A stretch of 64,000 nt of DNA from Sminthopsis crassicaudata (Eukaryota). The notes below the pieces were generated by a model. That model had not been told where the DNA came from. It did not search any database and was given only the letters and a program-made list of their open reading frames with translations. The stretch lies in contig NC_133621.1 in NCBI RefSeq assembly GCF_048593235.1, forward strand, positions 79,723,148 to 79,787,147, given 5' to 3'. The translations under genes and the position numbers were made by a program. Numbering within the stretch: the first letter of the stretch is position 1; the number at the start of each line of letters is the position of its first letter. This document shows, in pieces, positions 1-12,800 of the stretch.

Positions 1-20
1 ATTTAAACAAATAAAATATA

Positions 21-602
21 AAGGATATCCCAAAAGTCTTAGTAAAGTTTTAAGCTTTAATAATTTGATATATAAATGCTACAAACTTACAAAAACATAA
101 TTTGAAAGTTTAATTATTTCCATTTCTTTAATACTTAGTTTGATGAGATTAAAATAATTAATTTTTACTTTTAATTTTATCTACATTGTCTTTGTGAAGT
201 TTTGTGAACAGTTTCTGGATATTATTTTCTTAAGATTTCAGCGGAAGTCCTTTTATTTGGCTTTCACTGTCACTTGATCTATTTCCATTAGATGTTTTCT
301 TGTGGAGTCATGTGAAAATTGTTGTGTATACACAAAAACCTAGTTCTTTGGATGATCTTACAGCTAAGGTTACAAATGTAATATTGCCCTTCCGTCCCTG
401 AATGGCAGCTGCTGAAAGTTTTTATAAAGTTAATAAAAATAATGGCTATCACAAGATGGTAGCTTTATTTGATTTTAATAAGAAATACAACAATATTTTT
501 TCAAAAAAAAAACTTTTGAAAGATCTTTTTTGCAAGTATTTATATTTCTGAAGTTATTAAATATTTTTAGGAATCCTATAATCAGATTTTTGGGATACCC
601 CA
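21..602 (+). mobile_element. Internally deleted Tc1/mariner DNA transposon (marsupial Mariner-type) with transposase remnant
   Basis: TA dinucleotides at 19-20 and 603-604; imperfect ~90-bp TIRs (left ggatatcccaaaagtct...; reverse complement of right gggtatcccaaaaatct...); 258-386 translates WLSLSLDLFPLDVFLWSHVKIVVYTQKPSSLDDLTAKVTNVIL, resembling the WPPRSPDLxPLDFFLWGxLKxxVY motif. Confidence 0.8.
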
Positions 603-786
603 TATTTTATAAAATATAATTATTATAACTATAAAATAAATAGTGATGGGTGATTTTTTGGGGGGTGTTTGTATAGTTCCTGACTTATGATTTCAAGGGA
701 CGTCCAGCTGTATATGCAGCTTCAAGTTGTCTATGTTTCATGTATAACATGTAATAAAAGTACCAATCTTACATGATGGTTATGAA

Positions 787-857
787 AGAGAGAGAGAGAG
801 AGAGAGAATGTGTATGTGTGTATGTATATATATTGCTCTCTCTGTTTTTACCTCTTT

Positions 858-888
<31 letters not shown>
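787..888. repeat. (AG)10 and (TG)14 microsatellites
   Basis: Direct reading: 787-806 and 860-888. Confidence 0.95.
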
Positions 889-896
<8 letters not shown>

Positions 897-1194
897 ATTA
901 TCTTCTTAAGCACTAGTGGCCTGAAGAGTTCCCATCAAGTATATGTCAGAAGCAGTTCTTTAAATTTTTTAAAATTTTAAAATTTTTAAAAAAATTTATG
1001 CAATAAAACAGCATTTCCATAACATAGTATAATTTAAAAAGATGATTGGACATGAAACTGATAATCTATTACTTTCAGACATGAAAAGCAACTCTTTTAA
1101 AGGCAAATAATCTTGGCTTCATTGCTAGTTCTTTCACTATTATGTCATTCTGTATTTAGAATAATGTATTTTTATTATATGTACACAAGCACAC

Positions 1195-1224
1195 ATATAT
1201 TATATATATATATATATATATATA
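1195..1224. repeat. (TA)n microsatellite
   Basis: Direct reading. Confidence 0.95.
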
Positions 1225-3632
1225 ATATGCATATATGTATGTATTATTCCAAACAGTTAAAAGATTGAAGAAATAAAACCATAATGAAGCTTGGAAATTC
1301 TACATAAATAAAATGTGTCCTCATTTACTCAGAATGAAAGTAGTGTTTGTGTGTACTTTCAGGGTCTTCAATTAATTATTTAACATGTATTTATTGAATA
1401 CAACTTTGTGTGCAAGACCTTTGCAAGATTATTGTAGGAGGAGTGTTAACAAAGAAGCGGAAAAATCAATCCTGAAAGAATTTAAAATGACGTGTACAGA
1501 TAAAAAGAACTAAAAATATAAATAAGGAACACCATGATAATTACCGAATGAGTGCTACACTAATTAAGTGGTGCAGAACTTGAAGGAGGGACCAGGGAAA
1601 GTCAAAGATGCCTTTACTTGAACTTGGCCTTGAAGGCTGAGGGATGGTATTTCACCAGTGGGGAGAAGGGAGCACTCCCTGTGTGTAGAAGCTGGAAAAT
1701 GCAAGGAGGCTGTTTGGCTCTGAGTAAAGGGAGGAGAGGGCTCAGTGCTTAAAGAATAGCAAGTAAATTAGGTCCTCTCAGAGGACACAATTGGGGAAAA
1801 ATAAATATGAAAAGCATTCACTTCCTGGACAGTTAAACCTCTCTCCCAAATCCTTTTTTTTTTTTTTTCCCCTTAATGTGTTATGGAACAAAGAGCTGAG
1901 GCATTTAGCATAGTTGGCTAAATGGGATTTAATTCTGCCCTTTAAAGAAAAAGAACTATGGAGTTATTTTGAGATGTGGAGGTCCCTGCCCTTCATTTCC
2001 CCCTCCTTTTAAGTATTAGCTTTTGATTATTTGTTTTCTTGCCTATTGTGTTTCCCATGCTTCTGAATTTAAATGTCATCTCCTTTTGGTGTTAGAGTTT
2101 TTCCTGGTTTGAACTCTGGAGGATGGGAAGGACTCTTTTAATGTATTTCAAGCAAGCAGCTGAAAAATTTGTGAAGTTTGGGTCACATTTGTGGTCTGAG
2201 ACAGATTGAAAAATGAAAAGCAAATTTTTCCAGGGTTTGAGTTTCAATATAGACTTCTTCCCAAAGAAACACTTGAAGCTGAGAACTAGGCTGTGATCTC
2301 CTGAGTGAGGATGGAGAGAAAATTCCCTATGAATGTTTATCTGGTGATAATACAACATCTTGTTAGGATATTAAAATGTGTTATTTGTTTATTCACAAGT
2401 GAATCTTGCTTTTTTCCTAAAAAATTAATGTGACGTTAACTGTTTATTAATAATATTAGAAAAGATCAAGACTTGGAACTTCCCAACATGTGCAGACTCT
2501 TTGTTTCCTACATATTCTTCCAATCCAAAAATATTTTCTTCTTTCCTCTAATATTTCAGATGTGGTGATTGGAAGGGAGAATGACTAGAAAGAAAGAGGA
2601 GGAGGAGCGTGTGAAAAGGAAAATAAAGCTAATGGTTAAGTTTGTAGTTTGAGGAGTTTTTGTGTTAATTTTTTTTTTTTTTTGCTTTATCACAATTGCT
2701 TAGCCATTTTTAAAATTTTAAATCCTATGTATGCATGGGTTTTTTTTTCCTGTTAAACTCTGTATATTACCCAAAAAACCATCTTTGATGTAGTAGTGAT
2801 GTTAAGGCAGAATTATCACTTCCAGGAAAGATAATTTGGAAAAGAAAACCAAAAACAATTCACTTTGAAAGCTTAAAAAAATTCAAGGACAAATTTCTGA
2901 CAACTTATGAAAGAAAGTTATTTTATCAAAAATAATTAATAGTTTTTAACTTAGAAGAAAATATAAATACATTTCTTCTCTGTCTGAATATGACAGGTTA
3001 AAAATCTTATTTTTAGTATCAAGACTGAGTACTTTTCTAATATATTTTGCTTTCTATGCTGGATGTCTTTTAAGGGGTAGCAGGCTTAGATATTTTTGAA
3101 AACATCACCTTCACTCTTAGCTTTATTGAAGTAACAGAGTAGCAGTTCAAAATCGTTGTGACCTCCATGCTTGATTAGAAAAATCCTATTAATGAAAAAA
3201 GATGCTAATCGGTAATGTGTTTTGCCAGTCATCACTGGCCTAAACAGTCTGCATAATCCATTGTTGATTAAGTTAATGAAAGTCTAGCACTGGATTTGAA
3301 AGCTTTGTGATAGCAGATTGGAATAAGATTGAAGACTCTTAGACTATGCTGCACTGGGGGAGTGAATCAAGATGTGAAGGTTACTTACCCAAGTGCTCCA
3401 ACATGCATTAGGTGGGCTTAGGGGGTTTCTTTTGTTTTTGCTGGGGGAGGAGAAGGAAAACAAAAAGAACACCCAGAAGAATGGTCATACTATGTCTTAA
3501 TGAGTTTATTATCACTGTCAAATCTAACAAATGGTGCTGGACAGGCAATAGTGGCTCTGTGTTTGATAATTGTGTAGTCAGAAAGCTCATGCCATGGAAG
3601 GTTACTAAATATTTATTTTCCTTTCCTTATAG

Positions 3633-3704
3633 GTGACATCACACAGAAAGGTTATGAAAAGAAGAGGTCAAAATTAATTGGGGCCTATCTGCCACAACCT
3701 CCAG
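3633..3704 (+). CDS. DIP2C: DIP2C exon 2 (72 nt, part of N-terminal DMAP1-binding domain): (G)DITQKGYEKKRSKLIGAYLPQPP
   Basis: Acceptor ttttcctttccttatAG at 3631-3632, donor CAG|GTATGT at 3705; translation matches DIP2-family motif. Confidence 0.96.
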
Positions 3705-5559
3705 GTATGTAAATCTTGGCTGGTGACATAAAATCTAAAACATTGACAAGTCTTGAGAACTAATCACCTTAAGCACAGGACAAATAAGATGGACTATTTG
3801 AGACCACAGAATATTTTTGATGCACTTTTTCTATGTAAATAGCATATTTCTTAGTGCATTTATACATCCCCCCCTTTATGGCCATTTGCTCATATGTAGT
3901 TTTTAAAATCAGTTGGATACTTGATTTAATGAGTCATTCATATATATTATGGCAAATAATGTAATAATTATTCTTAAAAGCCCCATTCTTATAAAAATGA
4001 TCAGTAAAGATTTTAAAATACTTTCTCATTCTCTGCCTAATATTTCTACCTGGAAATAGGATTCCAAAATATTGTTTGTGATTATGAAATCTCAGACAGA
4101 GACTTGCTGTGTTTTAAATTGTAGCTTATGTCAAATAGGTTTTATTTATCCTCCTTGTATGTACAGCATCTACCTCATTCTAGCTTTCTCAGATTTGCTA
4201 ATTAATGTTGTCTTTTTGCACTTGGGTAATGTTAGTCTCTCCCTGAGCCTTGGTAAATTCCAGGAAAAGGGGGCCAGTGTTGGGATGAAGTGTTGATGTC
4301 TCAACTCTCAGATGATCCTATCTGTGGTGTAAGAGTGACCTTGAGTGCTGACTTAATGCGAGCTGATGCTAAAATGAACTTAATTAAGAAATGTTTATTT
4401 TTCTTAGAAAAAATGGAACTCCTATACTGTGAAGTTAAAGAGGTCTTGATCTCATAAGCTGTATTTTCATATGATTCTATAAATTTCAGTTTGTAAAACA
4501 TTGCTTAGAATTTCTGCTAGAGAACACATACACATGCAGATTTACACACACACATACATACTGAAGCATTCCACTATTTTTAGCTAGATAATAATTACTG
4601 TAACTAACCTTGATATATCTGGTGGCATCCTACCACTATGTAATGGTAACGCATGTTCAAAGGGAGCTAATTTGTAGCTGAGTTTCTGCTGACTTTGCAG
4701 ATTTCATTTTAGTTTTGTAGGTTTGTTTAATTTTTAGTTTATTTCTTTTTTTCCTTCCTTTAGCTTTAAAAAACAAACATAAAAATGGGTGGAAACACAA
4801 TGTATTGCTTTTTATTTCTCTTTATGATAATGACTAGCAGTTTTTTAGACGATAATACGAATAGGATATTTAGGAAGAATAGAGCATTGACTCATTTGCA
4901 CAGAACTCTCCTTGTCTTCCAATTCCTCATGAGAGACATTCCTGGAAATTAGAGTGTCTTTCTCAGGCTTTGGCTAGCTGGAGGATAGCATGACTGTCAT
5001 TGCTGCCTGTACGAAAGAGGAAGGTGATCCCCTTTCACCAGAACATTCGTGACCAAAAACCAATTGGGTTTGCTCAAACCCTACATGTCTGAATCACTCA
5101 AGGTCAATTGTAAGGTGACAAGTGATGGAAATCCATGGTTTGTTGTGTTTTCTCTCCTCCTTCCAACAGAATCCTAGCCAATGCTGACCTAAATAACCAC
5201 ACCACTTGTGAACTGTTTTAAAAGAAATGGAATCTTCTCTATTTTGGAAGAAGGCTGGGGATGGATTGGTTGTATGTTGTCCTTGTGGTTGTTTTTCCAT
5301 CTGTGCATTGCAAACAAAAGTGAAACGGAGGCATTTCCCGAGAAGATAGTTCTCAAGCCGCAGCTTTGCAAAGAACATGATTGATCCCAATGTTGGCTGG
5401 GCCCTAATGGTGGAAGGCCCCCGGACTGTGTCATATGGTCCCTTGTTTATTGTGTGTGCTGTTCTGCATGGGGGCGGGAGCTCCACTCACTGCTGTAACA
5501 AATTTAAAAAAAAAAAACTAAAATTTGAATTAATTAGTTTTTTTTTCAACTTGTTACAG

Positions 5560-5727
5560 CAGCGAATGGAGCTGCCGCAGTACGGTGTAGACTGCAGCAC
5601 AGTGAAGGACCCACAAGAAGGATGCTCCGTTCTGCCAACATCGGGGTGTGTGACATCCGAGAAGCAGCGGCCAGAGACCGGGCGGCCAGCACCGCGGGAA
5701 CCCGGCCTCTGTTTTACTTTCGTTTCG
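5560..5727 (+). CDS. DIP2C: DIP2C alternative cassette exon (168 nt, 56 aa): (A)ANGAAAVRCRLQHSEGPTRRMLRSANIGVCDIREAAARDRAASTAGTRPLFYFRF(G)
   Basis: Acceptor tttttttcaacttgttacAG|cag (NAGNAG), donor TCG|GTGAGC at 5728; multiple of 3, phase 1-1, no stop, GC/CpG-rich against AT-rich intron; resembles an insertion I recall from longer vertebrate DIP2C isoforms (unverified). Confidence 0.85.
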
Positions 5728-6012
5728 GTGAGCACTATTTTCAAAAGAGAGAAAGAGAAAGAAGTAGTAGAGAAATCATCGTTCAATAAAATTCAAACAA
5801 TACTCAACACAACTTTGTTATAATTGAAACTGGAGAATTATAAAATCATAGAGCTACTAGGATCTTAAAGATTCTTTTAATCCATTTATTCCATTTCATA
5901 GATGAAGGCCCAGAAAACTGAAATGATTTACTGGAGCTTACATAGGTCGTTGTCTTCCAACTCCCAATTCATTGGGCTTTTCTATATGATTCTCCCATTT
6001 TTTATTTTACAA

Positions 6013-6015
<3 letters not shown>

Positions 6016-6046
<31 letters not shown>
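6016..6046. repeat. Poly-T run (31 nt)
   Basis: Direct reading. Confidence 0.95.
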
Positions 6047-6052
<6 letters not shown>

Positions 6053-8289
6053 GGGGGAACACAAAACAACTTACACTTGGAAAACAGAAAAAAATACATT
6101 GAAAACTCACAACTTACTCAACTAGATTTCTCTGATTTCCTATCATTTCCATTATTTTATGGTCAAATATCTGTTGGAAGGCTGGACTCAATTCTGAACA
6201 TCAAACCACGTATGTTTTTAAAAGGCTTGTAAAGTAGTAAATTCTACAGATAACAAGAAAGTATGTTTGGCAAAAACCAAAAAAGAAACAAAGAAAAAAA
6301 CCAAAAACTAATGAATGTGAAGCCCAATGGCAAAATAAAATAAAATAAACAAACAAATTTTAAAAACCCTCAAAACTAGCCAATCTAAAGCTCTCAGCCC
6401 AAAAAGAAAACATGAACCTTCTGATTACATCATAAGAAAATTGATGTTTATAAACCAAAGTTTAAGCCTCATCAATCATCCTGTGGCATATCTCCCTCTC
6501 TCCCCCCCTCCCATAAACACATTGCAATTGAATCATGCCCAAGTAATGGAAATTATAGATATAGAACTTGCAGAGAACTTGGAGCATGATTCCATCATTC
6601 CCATTTTAAAAATTAAGAAAAGTGAGATACAAAATGATTATGTGGCTTACCCAAGATCATTATGCCAGTAAACGTCCAAGGTGGTCCTTGACTCCAGGGC
6701 TTCCAGAGGCCAAGTTTAATAATTTAACCAACTGTGTCAGGCTGATGAAACACCATTATAATACAGTTAATATAAAATATATTAAGCCATTGGTCCATCC
6801 CTTTGTTTTAAAGGCAAATGGGATGAAGGTTCCGCTCTTCATCCTTCCTATTGGGTTTGTTTCCTAGCTGCTTCTTCCATCCATCCTTTGTAATTTGACC
6901 CTCAACCAGTTGTTGATGGGCCTGGAAGCCTATAATATCACTGCTGATAAAAAGAGACAGAAAAGAGAGAAGAAACATATGAGGTGACACAGCTGTCTGG
7001 TTTCAGCAAGGTGGTGACTTGTCATCAGATGCCATTTTAGTTTTTCTTTCTTTTTTTTTTTTTTTAAGACTCACATGTCCTTTGAACATGAGAGGAAAAA
7101 TATTTAATTTGACAGGAGAGTGTTTTGTGTACAAGAGCCATTTACCCACATTAGTCTCCCTGGTTTCCTTTGAGAACTAGAAAACATCATTGCACTCTCA
7201 CCTATGATTTGAGGACAGGTTGTCCTACTTCATGTTCTATGGGAAAATGACAGTCTTGCTTCCTTGTGTTATATAGTGGGTTTTTTCCTCTATTTTTTTT
7301 TCTTAGAGGTTTACTCCTGAATGAATAAAGGCCTTCATTATGCATAACTTAATTCTCTAGCAAGTCAGTAACTGAAGCAGATGTTTCTAAATTAAAGAAT
7401 TTAATTCTTTCTTGACTGACTCACTTTTTATAATGATTTTCCTTATACTGAAGACTCCAAAATTATTTAGTTTTTCTTTTTTTTCCTTCTCTATTCTGTC
7501 ATATGTAAAAAGATAAATCATAGAATTTTTATGTTGGCAGGAAATAATTTGGTATTATTTCATACTAATTTTTCTAAAACATGTAAGGTGTTTCCAAGTA
7601 ATTCCTTTTCATTTTTAGACTTACTATTGTAGGAAAAATGTTAGTGCATTTATGGTAGAAAATATAATTAGGATTTCCAAGGCAGTTGTCTTGTTCTGAC
7701 TTTTTCTAACTTCCTACATCATATTCCATTAACTATTCTAACTGATTATTCTTGCAAATTTATGAGGAAGAAACCAATGTCCTTATCTTTCTTATGAGTG
7801 AAATTTTATGTGTCCAAAGTGTGTTTCTATAATTAAATCTTTACTATTTCTGCACCATAGGATGCAGTGACACAATGAACTGGATCACTAATGCTATTAT
7901 CAATAATTGAGCATAACTTTTCTCATCTCGATAAACACTAAGAACATGTTATGATATATTTTTCTTAAATAGCTTGTATTTGTTCTATGTATTGGTCTGT
8001 AAAATATCACTTTTACTCTACAAAAGCTATCAATGAGAATGCTACAGTGAAGTTTGACTCCATTCTAGAATGGGCATTCAGCCAACTTCTTTCTTGAGAT
8101 TTTAGGTAAATTTTGCATTTAAAATTTTTTTCTAAAAATATTAAAGAAGGTACTTAATTAAGCTTCTTGCTCTAGAAGTCCTCCTAAGCCCACTGAGGCA
8201 TTTTAGAGTATTGATGTGGAATAATTTGTTGTTATGGTAATTGGAGATACAAAAGCCATGATATAGTATGACACATAAGTGTGCAACTT

Positions 8290-8900
8290 AAGGATTACCA
8301 TAGAATCACAGAATTAGTAGTGAAATTGCATCCATCTAGTCCATCTCTTTGTTTAGAGAAGAAGCTATAATATAGCATCCATTTTGTCTTTGCATGAAGA
8401 AATCTAGTGAGAAGGAAGTCTCTACCTTGGAAGCAGTCAATTTTGCTTTGGAGAAGTTGTAACTGTTAAGAATTTTTTTTTTCCTGATAGGAGCTCAAGT
8501 CTGCTTCTCTGAAACTTCTGTCTGTCACTCCCATTTCTATCTACTAGGTTCAAAATAACAAATCATTCTACCTAATGACTTGAAGACAAATTCATGTCCC
8601 CCTTGAGGAATCTCTTTCTAGGTATCTCTAGTTTCTTTATAACTAACATGTTCCTATGAAACCTTATCTTTTCCTGACCAAATATTCCCATTTCTAGTAT
8701 ATAGTTGAAGATAATGATGATGCCATTCTTGAGCTCTCTATTCTCCTGGTTAAATAAACATCCTCTGTTCTTTCTAACAATTCTTATAGATCACATATTT
8801 GAGGGTTTTGACTCTTCTCTATGCACACTCTTTAGTTTCTTCAAATTCCTTCCTCATAATATTTAGCAGCATACAGAACTGAACATACTAATCCCAGATA
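8290..8900 (-). mobile_element. CR1/L3 LINE 3' fragment
   Basis: atcatagaatcacagaat..ccatctagtcc..; gcagtcaattttgctttggagaagttgtaactgttaag.. typical CR1 3' end. Confidence 0.6.
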
Positions 8901-9760
8901 TGACCCTATATAAACAAAGTACCTATATGAACATCTTTAAAGATGTCCCATTTTAAAAAAATTAAATGATTTGTTAGAAACAATATTACACAATTCAGTT
9001 AATTCAATTTGTTTAGTACTTCTTTATAGTTAAATTAATTTCAATGCAGAAAATAGAGTTTTTCAGTCATTCCTACTAAGGCTTCACAAAGAATTTTTTT
9101 ACACATTTATTTTCACTTTGACTTTTTTCATTTTACATTATCTTATGATGGTCTTTCTAGATTTCTTTGAAAGCACAACTCTTAATCTATCTGTCATCTT
9201 GTTGATTTCCATGGTCATCTGGTTAGTAGGGTGTATGGTCCCTGGTTTTTCCACCACCTCATATGTACCATATTGTAAAGGAAAACTTCAGAAGGTCTGT
9301 TCTGAGTCCTCAGTCCATCATTTGCTCATAAAGTAAATATGGGAAAACCAGTTTCCTAATCAATAAAATAGGAATAATGATATTTTCAATAATTTGATAA
9401 TATTGTTATTTTCTCACAAAGTTGTAAGGAAAATATGTTGTGAATTTTTGAACAGTATAATGTGAACTTTTATTGTTAATACCCCTCTAGAAACTAGAGG
9501 AATAAAGAGGGAAGTCATTTTTTTTTTTTTTTTTTTGTGGAAGTAGTGGTATTTGTACGCTGCTCAAGAGAGGAAACAATTCAAATCTACCACTCTCTCT
9601 TTTTCAGCTTATTTTTTCTCTTCTTTCTTCCCTCTCCACTTTATTCCTTTTTGGAAGGACACAGTTTGAAAAATGAACAAAATTAGATTCTCTTTAGGTA
9701 GACAAAAAACCATTCAAAAATTAGTCTAGAAGGTAGATATCAAGGATATTCAACTTTGTA

Positions 9761-9762
<2 letters not shown>

Positions 9763-9810
<48 letters not shown>

Positions 9811-9820
9811 TCACACACAC
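9763..9820. repeat. (AC)n microsatellite
   Basis: Direct reading. Confidence 0.95.
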
Positions 9821-12800
9821 CCCTGCCTGTGGGGGAGGCTTATTTAAACACATAAACACATATCCCATTAGAGGACAGCTTTATGCTCTTTATGTTACCT
9901 CTTTGCTTTCTTCATTCACTACTACCTTTTCCTTTTGATTTCTACTTTGAGAAAATTTGCAAGGCAAAGTAGGCTTGGGAAGCAGTGTTTATTACTACCC
10001 AGTCATTGGAGATGGCTGCCTGCTGATCACTGTTCCCATTTCTTAAATGTCAAGGATGCCATGATTTTTTTTTTCTTTTCTTTTTTTTACTTCAGCAAAT
10101 TCTAGGGAGCTAAATGTTTGTTTACTGTTACTTTGGGAAACTCAGCATAAAAATTCCTGTATTGGGTAATAATTCTGAGGTAACAATGTGTTGTACTTTT
10201 TAATCCCTGAATTTAATGGCTTGGAGTTGCCTGCCTTTGGAAAATTTGGTATAATTAATGCTCAGAACCTGATTTGAAGTCCAGTAGCAGCATTCAACAA
10301 AGCAAAATTATTTGAGGTGGGGGAGGAAGGGGACAACATTAGAGTATTTTAGAGGGAAAAATTTTTTTTTTTCTTTGCCTTTCATTTCAACCTTCATGAT
10401 CTCATCAATATAGCTACTTCACTGAGCAGATTAAAACTCATCTTCACCCTCTCATCCTTTGAATGTTTTTACATCTTGCTCAATGGCCAGAGAATATCTA
10501 AGTTCCTCAGATATTTATTATCCCTGTTACCTTGGGCAAGTTATTGCTGTTGCTATTATTGTTATTAACACCAGGATAGCTTTCAGGTTGTTAGGTTTTC
10601 ATTCCGTTGTTCTCTGTGCACCCCATTGATTGACTCTTTGCCAGTCATGTATGTCCCAGATGCTGCATTATCAATAACTTCCCAAGCAAAAGTCTTTGTC
10701 CACTTCAACTAAACAAACATTTACTATGTTGCTAATAATATAGTAGTGTCTACTTGTTTCTATTATGTGTCTATAAGTTGTTCTTTGGATCACTTGCAAT
10801 TTTGATTCTTGTAAGATCATAGTGCTTCACTATTTGTAATTATGTGGTATCCGAGGAATCATATTGGATGCTTAAAAGTTGTTTTATTTTTATTTATTTG
10901 GAAGCATCTTAGACCATTCAAAGTGATTTTCAGCTTTTAAAAAATTGGTTTTGAACATGATCTCTACTTTTTCTTCAGTTCTGGCTTCAACTTAATACTT
11001 GTTCGTGTGCAATCTCTGTCCTATACATATTTACATAAAGAAAGCTAGGTTAATTAATTTTATAACCTGAGTTATATATGTTCTTTATCCACTTGGGTTT
11101 TTTTATTTTGAGTTTGTAAGAGCAACAGTCCACGAAACAGATTGTTGTTATCCACTGTTTTATATTTCCCTATTATTTCTTCTAAAAGATTTTAATAAGA
11201 GACTCAGTTATTTAAAAAAATTAATTAATTAAGAGGTATTTGGTAACAGCTCACTTTTTCCATTCTTATTTTTATTTGTTGAGTTTTACATCAATTTTAA
11301 TTAATCCCATCTTTGCCATTTTAGCAGAGGGCTTCTTCCATTGAATCATTTCTCAATACCAAAACACAGATTTAGGGTAATGTTTTCATTATGCAAGTAA
11401 GAGCATGAAAGCATTTTGAATGTGATGTTCAAATGTGCTAATCTGTAGAACATACTCTGCAAAATTTTAAAGTACTATATTAGGCAACTATTAGTACTAC
11501 AAATCTGATGATCTTGACAATAAAAATTCCATTTGCTACCATAAGCATTTAAACTCACTTTGATGGTGTATTTGTTTTTGTTTTTGTTTTTTGTTTTTTT
11601 TCCCCTCCCCTTTTTCCTTTGCTTTGGGAATATTTATGTAAGCCTTGATAGTTTACATAGACTTTGCAGACTATGGTCTTCAGTTGAAAGAAACCTGTAA
11701 CCTATAGCTCCTCTAGTGATGTAGAAATAGATTGTATTTCCACTAGATAACATACAAAAGACAAGGTTAAGCCCTGGAATAGAAAAAGAAACAACATTCA
11801 AATAAGTAATTGTTAGTAATTTAAAATGTGGCCAGTCAGTGACTCAGCCTGATATTTTCCCAGAACAGATTGCTACAGGAAATATAAAAGAAATCCCAAT
11901 TACAAGTGGGCAGAAATATCACAAACAGTTTGGTCCAATACTCACAGACACTGGTGACTCTCTATTTCTCCTGCTGTTCCCTCTTAAGGAGTCTGTTCTT
12001 GCTGCTAACTGAGGTGTGAATGACTCTCCACCTCATTCCAAATTGTCTCTTTGAGGCTCTCCCTTGGGGCTGTCACCAAGTCTGAGAGCTAGTGGTTGGC
12101 CAACTTGATTTGTTATCTTATATCAACAAAAGTGTCAGATTTCTTGTATCCGAGTTAAACCATATTCTTGATCAAGAATATAAAATGAATTTCCAACACT
12201 AGGCGAGGAAGTGTGCTTACTGAATATATCAGTAGGAATAGATAATGGAATGATTAATGAAACTTTCTGTCAATACTTGGGATGCTGATGGATCCTTTTT
12301 TCCTCTAAGACAGCAGGTTCTTCATCCTAATTAAATTCAGATAGGGATGGAAGAAGCTTGAAACCAGATTTTTTTTTTTTTTTTGTGATAGGGTAGGTTG
12401 TAGTGGTATTCTGTTCAATCTTAAGCATTGTGTCACTACCTTTATTCTCTTGTAAATTGAGAATGTTACATAATTTAATTCTCTTTCCTATAGTTTCTTG
12501 TGGGGGTGGAAGAATGACACAAGGACCTGATAGTTCAAATTCGCACAGTGTGAACTCACTATGAGCTCTGGCTCTCTGTCTTTTAATCAAGGGAGAGCTC
12601 ATTGAAATACTAAGTCAACTGGGAGTAAACATGCAATCCAGGCTTTCAGGGATTTTCAAGCTTCTTGAAATCATTTAAAAAATGAATACTGATTTCAAGA
12701 ACCAAATTAAATGAAAATTTAGTGTGACAGCACACACATTGGGCAGATGGAGGCAAGCAGAATTTATAGGAGTCTGTAGTCAGAAATCAATATTAAGAGG

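Noticed and set aside
961-998. Near-perfect AT-only inverted repeat (cruciform candidate)
   Set aside because: Low-complexity A/T tracts; expected in DNA this AT-rich
6047-6130. T31 followed by AG as a possible acceptor (would read ELGEHKTT...NLLN-stop)
   Set aside because: No convincing donor or polyA signal; a homopolymer alone explains the pattern
6821-6844. 8-bp perfect hairpin GGATGAAG/CTTCATCC (also GGCAGCAG/CTGCTGCC near 50125-50157)
   Set aside because: Many stems of this length are expected by chance in 64 kb; too short for a pre-miRNA
12494-12549. Acceptor-like ttctctttcctatAG followed by an open stretch VSCGGGRMTQG..
   Set aside because: Only a weak donor, and the length is not a multiple of 3
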